A stretch of DNA of 64,000 nt from the IMG/VR virus record IMGVR_UViG_3300021400_000126, positions 1 to 64,000 of that record; one strand, given 5' to 3'. This document shows, piece after piece, positions 1 through 9,908 of the stretch (its first letter is position 1; each line of letters opens with the position of its first letter). The DNA comes from a virus. Lineage: Duplodnaviria > Caudoviricetes. The position numbers and the translations under genes were made by a program. The notes beneath the pieces are model-generated. The model worked only from the letters and a program-made list of their open reading frames with translations, did not search any database and was not told the DNA's origin.

Positions 1-480
1 AATGCTCAAGAAGAATGTTTATGTCATGAATCTAATCTTTACAATATTTTAAGAAACTTCACATCATATTATAAAGAAAATAATTCTAAACCAAATAAAA
101 ATCTTTATACTGATAGAGCTTTATATTCTCCAAATGTAATTTTTAACAAAGGAGATCATATAGTTAAAGCAGATGTAATTACTTGTGCCTCTCCAAACTG
201 GACCGCCGCCCAAAAATGGAATGTTTCTCAAGTTGAAAATACTCTTATATTAGCTCAACGCATTCAGTTTATTAAAGATATTGTAGAACTTGAAGCAGTT
301 GATGTTCTTATTCTTGGAGCCTGGGGGTGTGGAGTATTCGGACAAAATCCAAGAACTGTTGCAAGATTATTTGATTTTATTTTTAGAGAAAGTGAAATTA
401 AAAATATTGTATATGCCGTTCCTGGAGGATTAAATTCTGATAATTTTAAAGCCTTTGACGAATGTATTAGAAAAAGTTGA
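1..480 (+). CDS. TIGR02452/DUF2263-type macrodomain (PARG-like) protein, 5' truncated by window edge
   Basis: Frame 1 open from base 1 to TGA at 478-480; reads NAQEECLC...ALYSPNV...ADVITCASPN...LILGAWGCGVFGQNP, matching this family's AQEE and GAWGCGVF motifs. Confidence 0.85.
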   Translation, partial: NAQEECLCHESNLYNILRNFTSYYKENNSKPNKNLYTDRALYSPNVIFNKGDHIVKADVITCASPNWTAAQKWNVSQVENTLILAQRIQFIKDIVELEAVDVLILGAWGCGVFGQNPRTVARLFDFIFRESEIKNIVYAVPGGLNSDNFKAFDECIRKS

Positions 481-481
481 C

Positions 482-510
482 TTGACAACTCTTTCTTTTT
501 TTATTATAAT
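482..510 (+). promoter_or_regulatory. sigma-A promoter upstream of recJ
   Basis: TTGACA(482-487)-N17-TATAAT(505-510), then AAGGAG and ATG at 539. Confidence 0.85.
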
Positions 511-538
511 ATAAATAGAAATATTAAAAGGAGAAAAA

Positions 539-2329
539 ATGAAATATCAATTAATAAATAAACCAAATAATAATTTTTCGACTATTTAGCAAATATTATA
601 TAATAGAGGAATTGATGAAGATAAAATTGCACATTATTTAAATTTATCAGATAATGATATTAATTCTCCTTCATTATTAGGAGAATATAATTTAAAACAT
701 GGATTAATATTAATCATAAATACAATTAAAAATAACTCAAACGCTGTTATTATTATTGATTGTGACTGTGATGGATATACATCTGCCGCACTTTTAATTA
801 ATTATTTATATAAATTATTCCCTACCTGGGTAATAGATCATTTAGATTGGATAATGCATGATAGTAAACAACATGGTTTAGCAGATTGTTACCAACAAAT
901 CGCAGAAGGCAATATTATAACAAAAAAAGAATATTCTTTAGTAATTTGTCCTGATTCAAGCAGTAATGATTACGAATATCATAGATACTTAAATAATAGA
1001 GGAATTTCAGTTTTAATATTAGACCATCACTTGGCAGATCACATCAGTGAAAATGCTGTTACAATTAATAATCAATTATCTGAATATCCAAATAAAGAAT
1101 TGTCTGGCGTTGGTGTCGTTTGGCAATTTTGTCGTTATATTGACTCTCAATTAAATATAAATTTTGCAGATGATTTTTTAGATTTGGTTGCTTTAGGTAA
1201 TTGTGGAGACATGATGTCTTTAAAATCATTTGAAACCCGCTATTTAATTACAAAAGGATTTAAGAAAAAAAATATTAAAAATCCTTTTATTGATTATATG
1301 CTTGATAAAAACTCTTTTCCATTATCAAAAGCGGATTATGTATCTTCTGATTCAGAAACAGCCTGCACTTCAATTGGAGCCGCCTTTTTCATTGTTCCTT
1401 TTGTTAATGCTATTACAAGAAGTGGAACAATAAAAGAAAAAGAATTACTTTTTAATGCTATGTTAAATCATAAAGCTTTTGAAGAAATTCTTTCAAATAA
1501 AAGAGGTCATAAACTAGGAGAAAAAGAAAAATTAATTTTACAAGCAATTAGAACGGTTACAAATGTTAAAAATAGACAGACAAGAGCAGAAGAAGCTGGA
1601 TTAAATATGCTTGAAAAGATGATTGTGGAAAACAATATGTTAGAACATAAAATTTTGTTATTTTTATTAGAACCTGGACAAATAGATTTAGAAATTCGCG
1701 GTTTAATAGCAAATAAATTTATGGCTAAATATCAAAGACCTTGTTGTTTATTAACAAGAACATAGCATGATAGTTATGAGGGATCTATGCGAGGATACAC
1801 TAGAACTGGTATAGATAGTTTTAAAGAAGTTTTAGAACAATGTCCTCAAGTGTTATTTGTACAAGGTCATGATAATGCTGCGGGATTAGGCATAAAAGCC
1901 AATCAAGTAAATACTTTTTTAAATTACATTGATATGCTTTTAGAAGATGTTTCTACAGAATCCATTTATAAAGTTGATTATGATTTTAAAGAAATGGATA
2001 ATAATAATGAAACTATTTTAGACATTGCAAATATGAATGATTTTTGGGGACAAGATATAGAAAGAGCTTATATTAATATTAATTTTAGAATTACTGATTC
2101 TAATTTTCAAATTATGAAAAGTAATACTTTAAAATTTAATCTTCCAAATGGACTTTCTATAATTAAATTTAATGGAACAGAAGAAGAAATAATGAATTTT
2201 ACAACAACAGGATACTTAGAAGTAAATGCAATCTGCAAATGTAATGCTAATGAATGGAATGGACGAACTTATCCACAACTTATGTTACAAGATTATGAAA
2301 TAGTTGATTCTTCAAAATATTATTTTTAA
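539..2329 (+). CDS. recJ: RecJ-like DHH/DHHA1 ssDNA exonuclease, 596 aa with two in-frame TAG codons
   Basis: One frame from ATG 539 to TAA 2329, broken only by TAG 587-589 and TAG 1763-1765; DCDCDG, LDHH, LSGVGV and QGHDNAAG motifs; joins track ORFs 854..1765 and 1787..2329. Confidence 0.9.
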
Positions 2330-2343
2330 AGAGGTAATGATAT

Positions 2344-2679
2344 ATGGCAAAAGTAGGAAATAAAAACAATAAAGCAAGATGTGAAAGATATAAACATGAA
2401 AATAGAAGAGCAATTAATAAAGAAAAGAAAGCAAAAAAGCACGAAAAATTAATTGCAAAATTTAAGAAAAGAAAAGAAGAAAATAAAACTTATAAGTATT
2501 GTGCAATTCCTTTTAAAAAAGATTCTTTAGAATATAATAGAGAAAAGCAAAAAAGAATAGAGAAAAATAAGTCTAAAAAATTACCTATTTCTCAATTTGA
2601 TTCCTTAATGCGAAAATTAGAAAATGAAATTTTAGAACAGAAAATTTTAGAAAAGAAAAAACAACAGCAAACAGCGTAA
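2344..2679 (+). CDS. hypothetical basic (Lys-rich) protein
   Basis: ORF with GAGGT RBS, operonic between recJ and the helicase. Confidence 0.7.
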   Translation: MAKVGNKNNKARCERYKHENRRAINKEKKAKKHEKLIAKFKKRKEENKTYKYCAIPFKKDSLEYNREKQKRIEKNKSKKLPISQFDSLMRKLENEILEQKILEKKKQQQTA

Positions 2680-2690
2680 GGAAAAATTTT

Positions 2691-3875
2691 ATGCAATTGA
2701 CAAAAAAACAAGCGGAAGGATTATTAATAGCAATAGATAGATATGACTCTGGAAAAAAATTTACAGTAATTAGTGGATATGCGGGCAGTGGGAAATCAAC
2801 TCTAGTTCGTTTTATTATAGAGGCTCTTGATGTTGAAGAAAAAGATGTTTGTTATTGTGCCTTTACAGGTAAAGCTGCAGAAGTCCTCCGCAAAAAAGGA
2901 AATAAAAATGTTTGTACATTACATAAATTATTATACGAACATATTCCAAAACCTAGCGGGGGCTTCTTTAGGAAGCCAAAATTATCAATTGGTTACAAAG
3001 TTGTAATAGTAGATGAAGTTTCCATGGCTCCAAAAAGTTTAATAGATTTATTATTTTGCCATCCAGGAGTTCATGTTATTTGTTTGGGAGATCCTTTCCA
3101 ACTTCCACCAATTGATAAAAATGAGGATAACAAATTATTAAATCATCCTCATATTTTTCTTGATGAAATAATGAGGCAGGCCCAAGAATCTGAGATTATT
3201 CGTTTAACAATGAAAATCAGAAATCAAGAACCTCTTAATTATTTTGATGGAGAAGAAGTAAAAGTAATTCCATATAAAGATTTAAATACAGGTATCTTAC
3301 AATGGGGCGACCAAATTTTAACTGCAACTAATGCAAAACGCCAAGCTATAAATAATCAAATGAGAACCCTATATGGAAAAGAAGGTGCGCCGCAAGATGG
3401 TGATAAAATAATTTGTCTCAGAAATTATTGGGATGATTATAGCGAACAAGGTGATGCATTAATTAATGGTACTATTGGGATTCTTGAAAACAGCTTTAAA
3501 ACATGGAGAAATATCCCGCCTTTTATAAAATCTAATATTAAAAAATTTGATGTATTGACAGGAAATTTAATTATTCCAGAAACAAATGATATTTACTCAA
3601 TGGTAGAAATGGACTATAATATGTTTTTAACTGGAAAGAAATGTTGCGATTGGAAATTATCCTATAGATTAGGTAGACTTAGACAAAAATATGGAGAAAT
3701 AGTTCCCAAAGAATTTGCTTTCGCATACGCTGTAACTGGACATAAGGCACAAGGATCAGAGTGGCCTAATGTAGTAGTATTAGAAGAACAATTTCCTTTT
3801 GATAAAGAAGAACACGCACGATGGTTATATACTTGTTGTACTCGAGCAAGTGAAAAATTAGTATTGGTAAGATAA
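2691..3875 (+). CDS. Dda/RecD2-like superfamily 1 helicase
   Basis: Walker A GYAGSGKS, VIVDEVSM, LGDPFQLPP, TGHKAQGSEW, LYTCCTRA. Confidence 0.9.
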   Translation: MQLTKKQAEGLLIAIDRYDSGKKFTVISGYAGSGKSTLVRFIIEALDVEEKDVCYCAFTGKAAEVLRKKGNKNVCTLHKLLYEHIPKPSGGFFRKPKLSIGYKVVIVDEVSMAPKSLIDLLFCHPGVHVICLGDPFQLPPIDKNEDNKLLNHPHIFLDEIMRQAQESEIIRLTMKIRNQEPLNYFDGEEVKVIPYKDLNTGILQWGDQILTATNAKRQAINNQMRTLYGKEGAPQDGDKIICLRNYWDDYSEQGDALINGTIGILENSFKTWRNIPPFIKSNIKKFDVLTGNLIIPETNDIYSMVEMDYNMFLTGKKCCDWKLSYRLGRLRQKYGEIVPKEFAFAYAVTGHKAQGSEWPNVVVLEEQFPFDKEEHARWLYTCCTRASEKLVLVR

Positions 3876-3877
3876 AT

Positions 3878-4085
3878 TTGACAAATAAAAAAATTTTTTG
3901 TATAATATAATTGTAAGAAATAAATATGATGAAAGAGAGGTACAGTCCAATGGGCTAAATAATTTTCGTAACCCGTTAACTTATGATTTTATGGAGGGTA
4001 CTCCAATGGACACTGTAGCTTAATTATATATTTATTTTTAGTTTTTTTATAGTCAAGTGAGAATAATTCTCACTTGACTTTTTTT
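3878..4085 (+). ncRNA. short stand-alone transcription unit (sRNA or minigenes)
   Basis: TTGACA-N17-TATAAT (3878-3906), about 140 nt with no long ORF, then a perfect 13-bp hairpin (4051-4079) plus U-tract. Confidence 0.45.
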
Positions 4086-4133
4086 ATTTTTTATTATATA
4101 ATATAAATATATAATAATTATGAAAGAGGTAGA

Positions 4134-5510
4134 GTGATGGTAAAGAGGTTTGAGGTTCATTCACATAGCGAGTTCTCGAACATACGATTACTGGATTGTA
4201 TTAACAAAATTCCAGCACTCATTAATAGAGCAATAGAAATTGGTTTAAGCGGTATAGCAATCACAGATCATGAATGTTTAAGTGGAGCGCCGCAAGCAAA
4301 TTTTTATGCTCAAGATATTTTAAAAGAACATCCAGATTTTAAAGTTGCAATAGGAAATGAAATATATTTAACACCAAATCGTGAAATGGGACAAAAATAT
4401 TATCACTTTATTTTAATTGCAAAAAATAAAACTGGTTTTAGAGCGTTAAGAGAATTATCTTCAAGAGCATGGATGAATAGTTATTGGGATAGAGGCCTTG
4501 AAAGAGTTCCAACAACTTATAATGAACTCGAAGAAATTGTAAGTAAATATCCAAATAGTTTAATAGCAACAACCGCATGTATTGGCGGAGAAGTTTCTTC
4601 ACAAGTTTTAAATTTAATAAAAGCTGAAAAACATGAAGATACTTTAGGTATTGCAGAAGCTCATAATGATATTGTAAAATTTATTTTATGGTGTAAAAAA
4701 CTTTTTGGAGAAGACTTTTATATTGAATGTGCTCCAGGTCAATCTAAAGAACAAGTTGCGGTAAACAAACGCCTTAAAGCAGTGGCCGCCGCATTTAAAT
4801 GTAAAATGGTACTTGGTTCAGATGCACATTATCTTTCAAGAGAAGATAGATATGTTCATAAGGCTTATTTAAATTCAAAGGGTGGAGAACGTGAAGTTGA
4901 TGCATTTTATGAATATGCTTATCTTCAAGATGAAAATGATATAAAAGAAAATATCATCCCATCTGAATTGGATTATAATGAATTAGTAAATAATTCATAT
5001 GAGATTTATAATAAAATTGAAAATTATAGTATTGCACATAAGCAAACTATTCCAAAAGTAAAAGTAATTGATTATCCTAAAAAAATCTGGACAGAAGATG
5101 AAATTCAAAATTACCCAACTCTTGATTCAATGTTTAAATCTGACGATATTTATGAAAGATATTGGGTAAATCAATGTGTAGATAAAATTTTAGATATATG
5201 CGATCAATCTGATGATTATGATTTTATGTTTGATGATGAAAAATATCAAACATATATGTCAAGACTTGAGGAAGAAGCTGATATTAAAAAAACAATTAGT
5301 GAAAAACTTGAAACTAATATGTTTAGTTATCCAATAACTCTTCAGCATTATGTTGACTTATTTTGGGAGTGCGGCAGCACAGTTGGCGCGGGCAGAGGTT
5401 CATCTTGTTCAGGCTTAAATCATTATTTGCTTGGTATTACTCAGCTAGATCCAATTAAATGGGATCTTCCATTCTGGAGATATTTAAATAAGGAGAGAGT
5501 CGAACTCGGT
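4134..5510 (+). CDS. dnaE: DNA polymerase III alpha subunit, exon 1 (PHP domain and start of palm)
   Basis: HSHSEFS, AITDH, SDAHY, GAGRGSS motifs; ends ...YLNKERVELG. Confidence 0.92.
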
Positions 5511-6629
5511 AGTCTACTGTTGATATTGCCGAGTTGTAAAAAAAGATTGTGAACCTTGCTAAAGGGTGTCGTATATTACGGCTAACGGTATCAGTGAAAT
5601 AAGATATGTAAATACATATACGAATCAACTGACTAAGAGAGTAAGCGACCTGAAAAGGTTAGGCATATAATACCGTGCTAAACTTTTTTCTAAAAATCAA
5701 GGTCAAAGTTAAATAATTTATCAAGGTCAATTTTTATATATTATAGAAGAAAATAAAAGGAGATTTTGATATGATACATTTTATTTATTTAACAAAAAAC
5801 CTTATAACAAATGAAAAATATATTGGTAAACATTATGGAGAATTAAACGACAGCTATCTTGGAAGTGGAAAAATTCTTCAAAGAGCAATAAATAAATATG
5901 GAAAAGAGAATTTTCAAAGAGAAATTCTATACATTTCAAAAAATGCTCAAGAAAATAATGAAAAAGAAAAAGAATTTATAAAAGCTTTCAATGCTGTAGA
6001 AGATAGAACGTTCTATAATATCTCTGAAGGTGGGGATGGCGGAGATATATTTCATTTGTTACCAGTAGAGCAACAAGAAGAAATAAGACAAAAAGCTAAA
6101 GAAAGATCTACTGGAATCAATAATCCAAGATATGGAGTTCATTTAACAGAAGAGACTAAGGAAAAAATTAGAAAAAATAGAAATACTGATTACATGCAAA
6201 CAGCAGAATATAAGCAAGCAATGTCTAAAGCTACACTTGGAGAAAAAAATGGAATGTATGGTAAACATCATTCTGAAGAATCTAAACAAAAAATGAGTGA
6301 AGCTAAAAAAGGAAAAAAACTAGGAAAAGAAAATGGAAATGCTAAAGGTATATCTGCTTATAAAGATGAAAAATGTCAAATTTTAATTAAACATTTTGAT
6401 ACTATTCAAGAAGCATTAATTTTTGTTGGAACAAAACCAACTGATTATTCAGGAATTTCTAAAAGAATGAAAATGAATAAACCATACAAAGGATATTATT
6501 GGAAAAAAGAAAGTGTAGAGACTAATATAAAGGAATAGAGATAAGCACTATTCCGTAGCGCAATCTAGCGATAAATGAAGTAATTACTCTCAGTAATTTA
6601 TCGTGAAAGATATAGTCCATCATAAAATG
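5511..6629 (+). mobile_element. group I self-splicing intron in dnaE
   Basis: Exon ends in U paired to G in P1 (AACTCGGT|AGT...ATTGCCGAGTT); R element GTAGAGACTA near 6515, S element AAGATATAGTCC near 6607; terminal G at 6629; splicing restores ERVELG|DIDLDLCPSKR. Confidence 0.88.
5771..6538 (+). CDS. intron-encoded GIY-YIG homing endonuclease with NUMOD3-type repeats
   Basis: FIY...KYIG...YLGSG N-terminus; GMYGKHHSEESKQKMS repeats; own RBS (AAGGAG); ends TAG AGA TAA. Confidence 0.9.
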   Translation: MIHFIYLTKNLITNEKYIGKHYGELNDSYLGSGKILQRAINKYGKENFQREILYISKNAQENNEKEKEFIKAFNAVEDRTFYNISEGGDGGDIFHLLPVEQQEEIRQKAKERSTGINNPRYGVHLTEETKEKIRKNRNTDYMQTAEYKQAMSKATLGEKNGMYGKHHSEESKQKMSEAKKGKKLGKENGNAKGISAYKDEKCQILIKHFDTIQEALIFVGTKPTDYSGISKRMKMNKPYKGYYWKKESVETNIKE

Positions 6630-9272
6630 GATATTGACTTAGACTTATGTCCATCTAAACGTCCATTAATTCTTCAAAAAATAAAAGAAGAAAGAGGGCA
6701 GAATTTTAATGATGATATTGATAATTTAAGTAAAAAGAATCTCGGTTGTACATTAATTGCAACTTTTGGAACAGAAGGAACTAAAAGTGCTGTGCTTACG
6801 GCTTGCCGTGGTTATCGTTCAGAAGACTTTCCTGATGGAATTGATGTAGATACCGCACAATTTTTATCATCTTTAATTCCCAGTGAAAGAGGATTTTTAT
6901 GGCCGCTTAAAGATGTTGTGTATGGTAATAAAAATAAAGGCAGAAAACCAATTACAGCTTTTATCAATGAAATTAATAAATACCCTAGATTATTAGACAT
7001 TGCTCTCGCAATTGAAGGACTAATTAATAAAAGGTCTAGTCATGCAAGTGGGGTTATTTTATTTGATGAAGATCCTTATGAATTTGGATGTTTTATGAAA
7101 ACTCCAAAAGGAGAAATTATAACTCAATGGGATCTTCATAAATGTGAAGCCTGTGGTATGACAAAATATGATTTTCTTGTAACAGAAGTACAAGATAAAT
7201 TAGTAGAAACTATTAAACTTTTACAAAAATATAATAAAATTGATAATAATTTATCATTAAGAGAGGTTTATAATAAATATTTTCATCCAGAAGTATTACC
7301 ATTAGATGATGAAAACATATGGAAGGCATTAAGAGAAAATAGTGTTTTAAATGTTTTTCAGTTTGATTCAGCAGTCGGTTCTCAAGCTGCTAAAAAAATT
7401 AAACCAACAAATATTCTTGAGATGAGCGATGCAAATGGACTAATGAGATTAATGACATCGGAAAAAGGACAAGAGACACCAATGGAGAAATATATTCGAT
7501 ATAAAAATAATATTGACCTTTGGTATTCTGAAATGTCAAGAGCTGGATTAACAGAAGAAGAACAAAAAACTTTAGAGCCATATTTTAAACCATCTTATGG
7601 AGTTCCGCCTTCTCAAGAGCAATTGATGAGAATGTTAATGGATGAAAATATATGCAATTTTTCTTTAAAAGAAGCAAATACTGCACGAAAAATTGTTGGT
7701 AAAAAACAAATGGCAAAAATCCCAGAACTTCATCAAAAGATTTTAGACACAGCTGCCAGTCCATTATTAGGAAAATATATATGGGAACGTGGCGTTGGCC
7801 CACAAATGGGATATAGTTTTTCAACTATTCATGCTCTTGCTTATTCTTTTATAGGAGTTCAAACTCTATATATTGCAACTCATTGGAATCCTATTTATTG
7901 GAATACAGCGTGTCTAATTGTTAATAGCGGTTCTCTTGAAGAACAAGAAAATGTAGAAATAGTAAACATATATGAAAAAGAAGATTTTGAAACATATACT
8001 TATGAAGACTTACCTGATAGAAGTGGGAAAAAGAAAATAGAAAAAACAACTGATTATACTAAATTAGCAAATGCTATTGGAGATATAACTTCAAAAGGTA
8101 TTAAAGTATCTTTGATTGATATTAATAAATCTGGTTTTAGTTTTGAACCAGATGAAGAAAATAATGAAATTTTGTTTGGATTAAAGGGTGTTAATAAAAT
8201 TGGTGGGCCAGTCATTAATCAAATTATTAACAACCGCCCATATACTGGAATTATTGATTTTATGAAAAAATGTCCATTAAATAAAACTCAAATGATTTCA
8301 TTAATTAAATCTGGAGCATTTGATAAAATAGATAATAATTGGGCATCTAAATTATGTAAACAACCTCGTTATGCGATTATGGCATATTATATTTCTTTAA
8401 TTAGTGAGCCTAAAAATAGATTAACTCTTCAAAATTTTAATGGTCTTATGCAAAAAAAGATTGTTCCAAATTCTTTAATTTATGAACAAAAAACATTTGC
8501 ATTTAATAAATATTTAAAAAAGAAAAAATATAAAGAATATTATTATATGTCTATAGATGATTTAAATTTTTATGAAGAACTTTATGATAATGAAGGTTTA
8601 GAAATTATTCAAGGCACTCCATGTATTCAACAAAAAACATGGGATAAAATGTATAAGAAAATAATGGATTCCGCAAGAGAATGGTTAAAAGAAAATCAAA
8701 CAGAACTTCTTAATCAATATAATAATATTTTATTTGAAGAATATTGGAATAAATATGCAATAGGGAATATTTCCGCCTGGGAAATGGAAAGTCTATGTTT
8801 TTATTATCATGAACATGAATTAAAAAATATTAATAATCATAAATATGGAATTGTAAATTTCTTTAATTTAAATTATGAACCTGAAGTAGATTATTTCTTT
8901 AAACGCGGCGGAAGGGATATCCCAATTTTTAAATTATATAAAATTGCAGGGACTATTATTAGTAAAAACAATACCAAATCTTCTATTGTGATATTAACCA
9001 CAGACGGAGTAGTTAATGTAAAATTTACTAAAGAATATTATGCAATGTTTAATCGTCAAATTTCTGAAAAACAAGAAGATGGTAGTAAAAAAGTTTTAGA
9101 AAAAGGGTGGTTTGTTAGAGGCACAAAAGTTATGATTACCGGATATAGAAGAGAAGATACTTTTGTTGCAAAAACCTATAAATCAACTCCAACCCATCAA
9201 CTGTATAGAATTATAGACATTAGAAATGGGAATATTACATTAGAGCATGAAAGGATAAAAACAAATGAATAA
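6630..9272 (+). CDS. dnaE: DNA polymerase III alpha subunit, exon 2
   Basis: DIDLD, HASGV, KYDFL, GYSFSTIHALAYS motifs; spliced product about 1339 aa. Confidence 0.92.
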   Translation, partial: DIDLDLCPSKRPLILQKIKEERGQNFNDDIDNLSKKNLGCTLIATFGTEGTKSAVLTACRGYRSEDFPDGIDVDTAQFLSSLIPSERGFLWPLKDVVYGNKNKGRKPITAFINEINKYPRLLDIALAIEGLINKRSSHASGVILFDEDPYEFGCFMKTPKGEIITQWDLHKCEACGMTKYDFLVTEVQDKLVETIKLLQKYNKIDNNLSLREVYNKYFHPEVLPLDDENIWKALRENSVLNVFQFDSAVGSQAAKKIKPTNILEMSDANGLMRLMTSEKGQETPMEKYIRYKNNIDLWYSEMSRAGLTEEEQKTLEPYFKPSYGVPPSQEQLMRMLMDENICNFSLKEANTARKIVGKKQMAKIPELHQKILDTAASPLLGKYIWERGVGPQMGYSFSTIHALAYSFIGVQTLYIATHWNPIYWNTACLIVNSGSLEEQENVEIVNIYEKEDFETYTYEDLPDRSGKKKIEKTTDYTKLANAIGDITSKGIKVSLIDINKSGFSFEPDEENNEILFGLKGVNKIGGPVINQIINNRPYTGIIDFMKKCPLNKTQMISLIKSGAFDKIDNNWASKLCKQPRYAIMAYYISLISEPKNRLTLQNFNGLMQKKIVPNSLIYEQKTFAFNKYLKKKKYKEYYYMSIDDLNFYEELYDNEGLEIIQGTPCIQQKTWDKMYKKIMDSAREWLKENQTELLNQYNNILFEEYWNKYAIGNISAWEMESLCFYYHEHELKNINNHKYGIVNFFNLNYEPEVDYFFKRGGRDIPIFKLYKIAGTIISKNNTKSSIVILTTDGVVNVKFTKEYYAMFNRQISEKQEDGSKKVLEKGWFVRGTKVMITGYRREDTFVAKTYKSTPTHQLYRIIDIRNGNITLEHERIKTNE

Positions 9273-9834
9273 AATTAAATTGCTTGCTTTATTTGGTGAA
9301 TCAGGAGTTGGAAAAAGCACTATTCAACATTGGTTAGTAAATAATCTACCTAATACACATAAAATAATACCTTGCACATCTAGACCCCCAAGAGATTATG
9401 AAAAAGACGGAGTAGATTATTATTTTTTAACAGCAAGGACTTTTATAAATAAATATTTAAAAAATGAAATTTTAGATTTTACTGTTTTTAATGATTGGTA
9501 TTATGGAACATTAAAAGTAGATTTAAAAAATGATAAAATTAATATTGGAGTTTTTAATATAGAAAGCCTTTGTGATTTATTAAAATACTCTAATGAAATA
9601 GACGTACTTCCAGTTTATATTCAAGTTGATGAAAAAACTAGATTATTAAGAACTCTTAATAGAGAAAAAAATCCCGATTGTGAAGAAATTTGCAGACGCT
9701 TTTTAGCAGATAAAAAAGATTTTAAAAATATTGATTTTGATTATGAAATTTTCTTAAATGATAGAGATATAGATGATTATTATGGTTTTTTAAAAAGACC
9801 AAAAGTAGAAGAATTTTTAAAAGGCCAAATATGA
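9265..9834 (+). CDS. gmk: guanylate kinase-like protein
   Basis: GESGVGKS, TSRPPRDYEKDGVDYYF, WYYGT. Confidence 0.88.
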   Translation: MNKIKLLALFGESGVGKSTIQHWLVNNLPNTHKIIPCTSRPPRDYEKDGVDYYFLTARTFINKYLKNEILDFTVFNDWYYGTLKVDLKNDKINIGVFNIESLCDLLKYSNEIDVLPVYIQVDEKTRLLRTLNREKNPDCEEICRRFLADKKDFKNIDFDYEIFLNDRDIDDYYGFLKRPKVEEFLKGQI

Positions 9835-9908
9835 TTAATTTATATAAAGAAAATTTAAATAATATAGTACCCTAGAAATATTTTAATTAATTAGGAGGAT
9901 ATATTATA

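Noticed and set aside
5511-6629. Split dnaE, intein or free-standing endonuclease insertion
   Set aside because: The insert is not an in-frame protein fusion, and group I P1, P7 and terminal G features restore the catalytic motif exactly.
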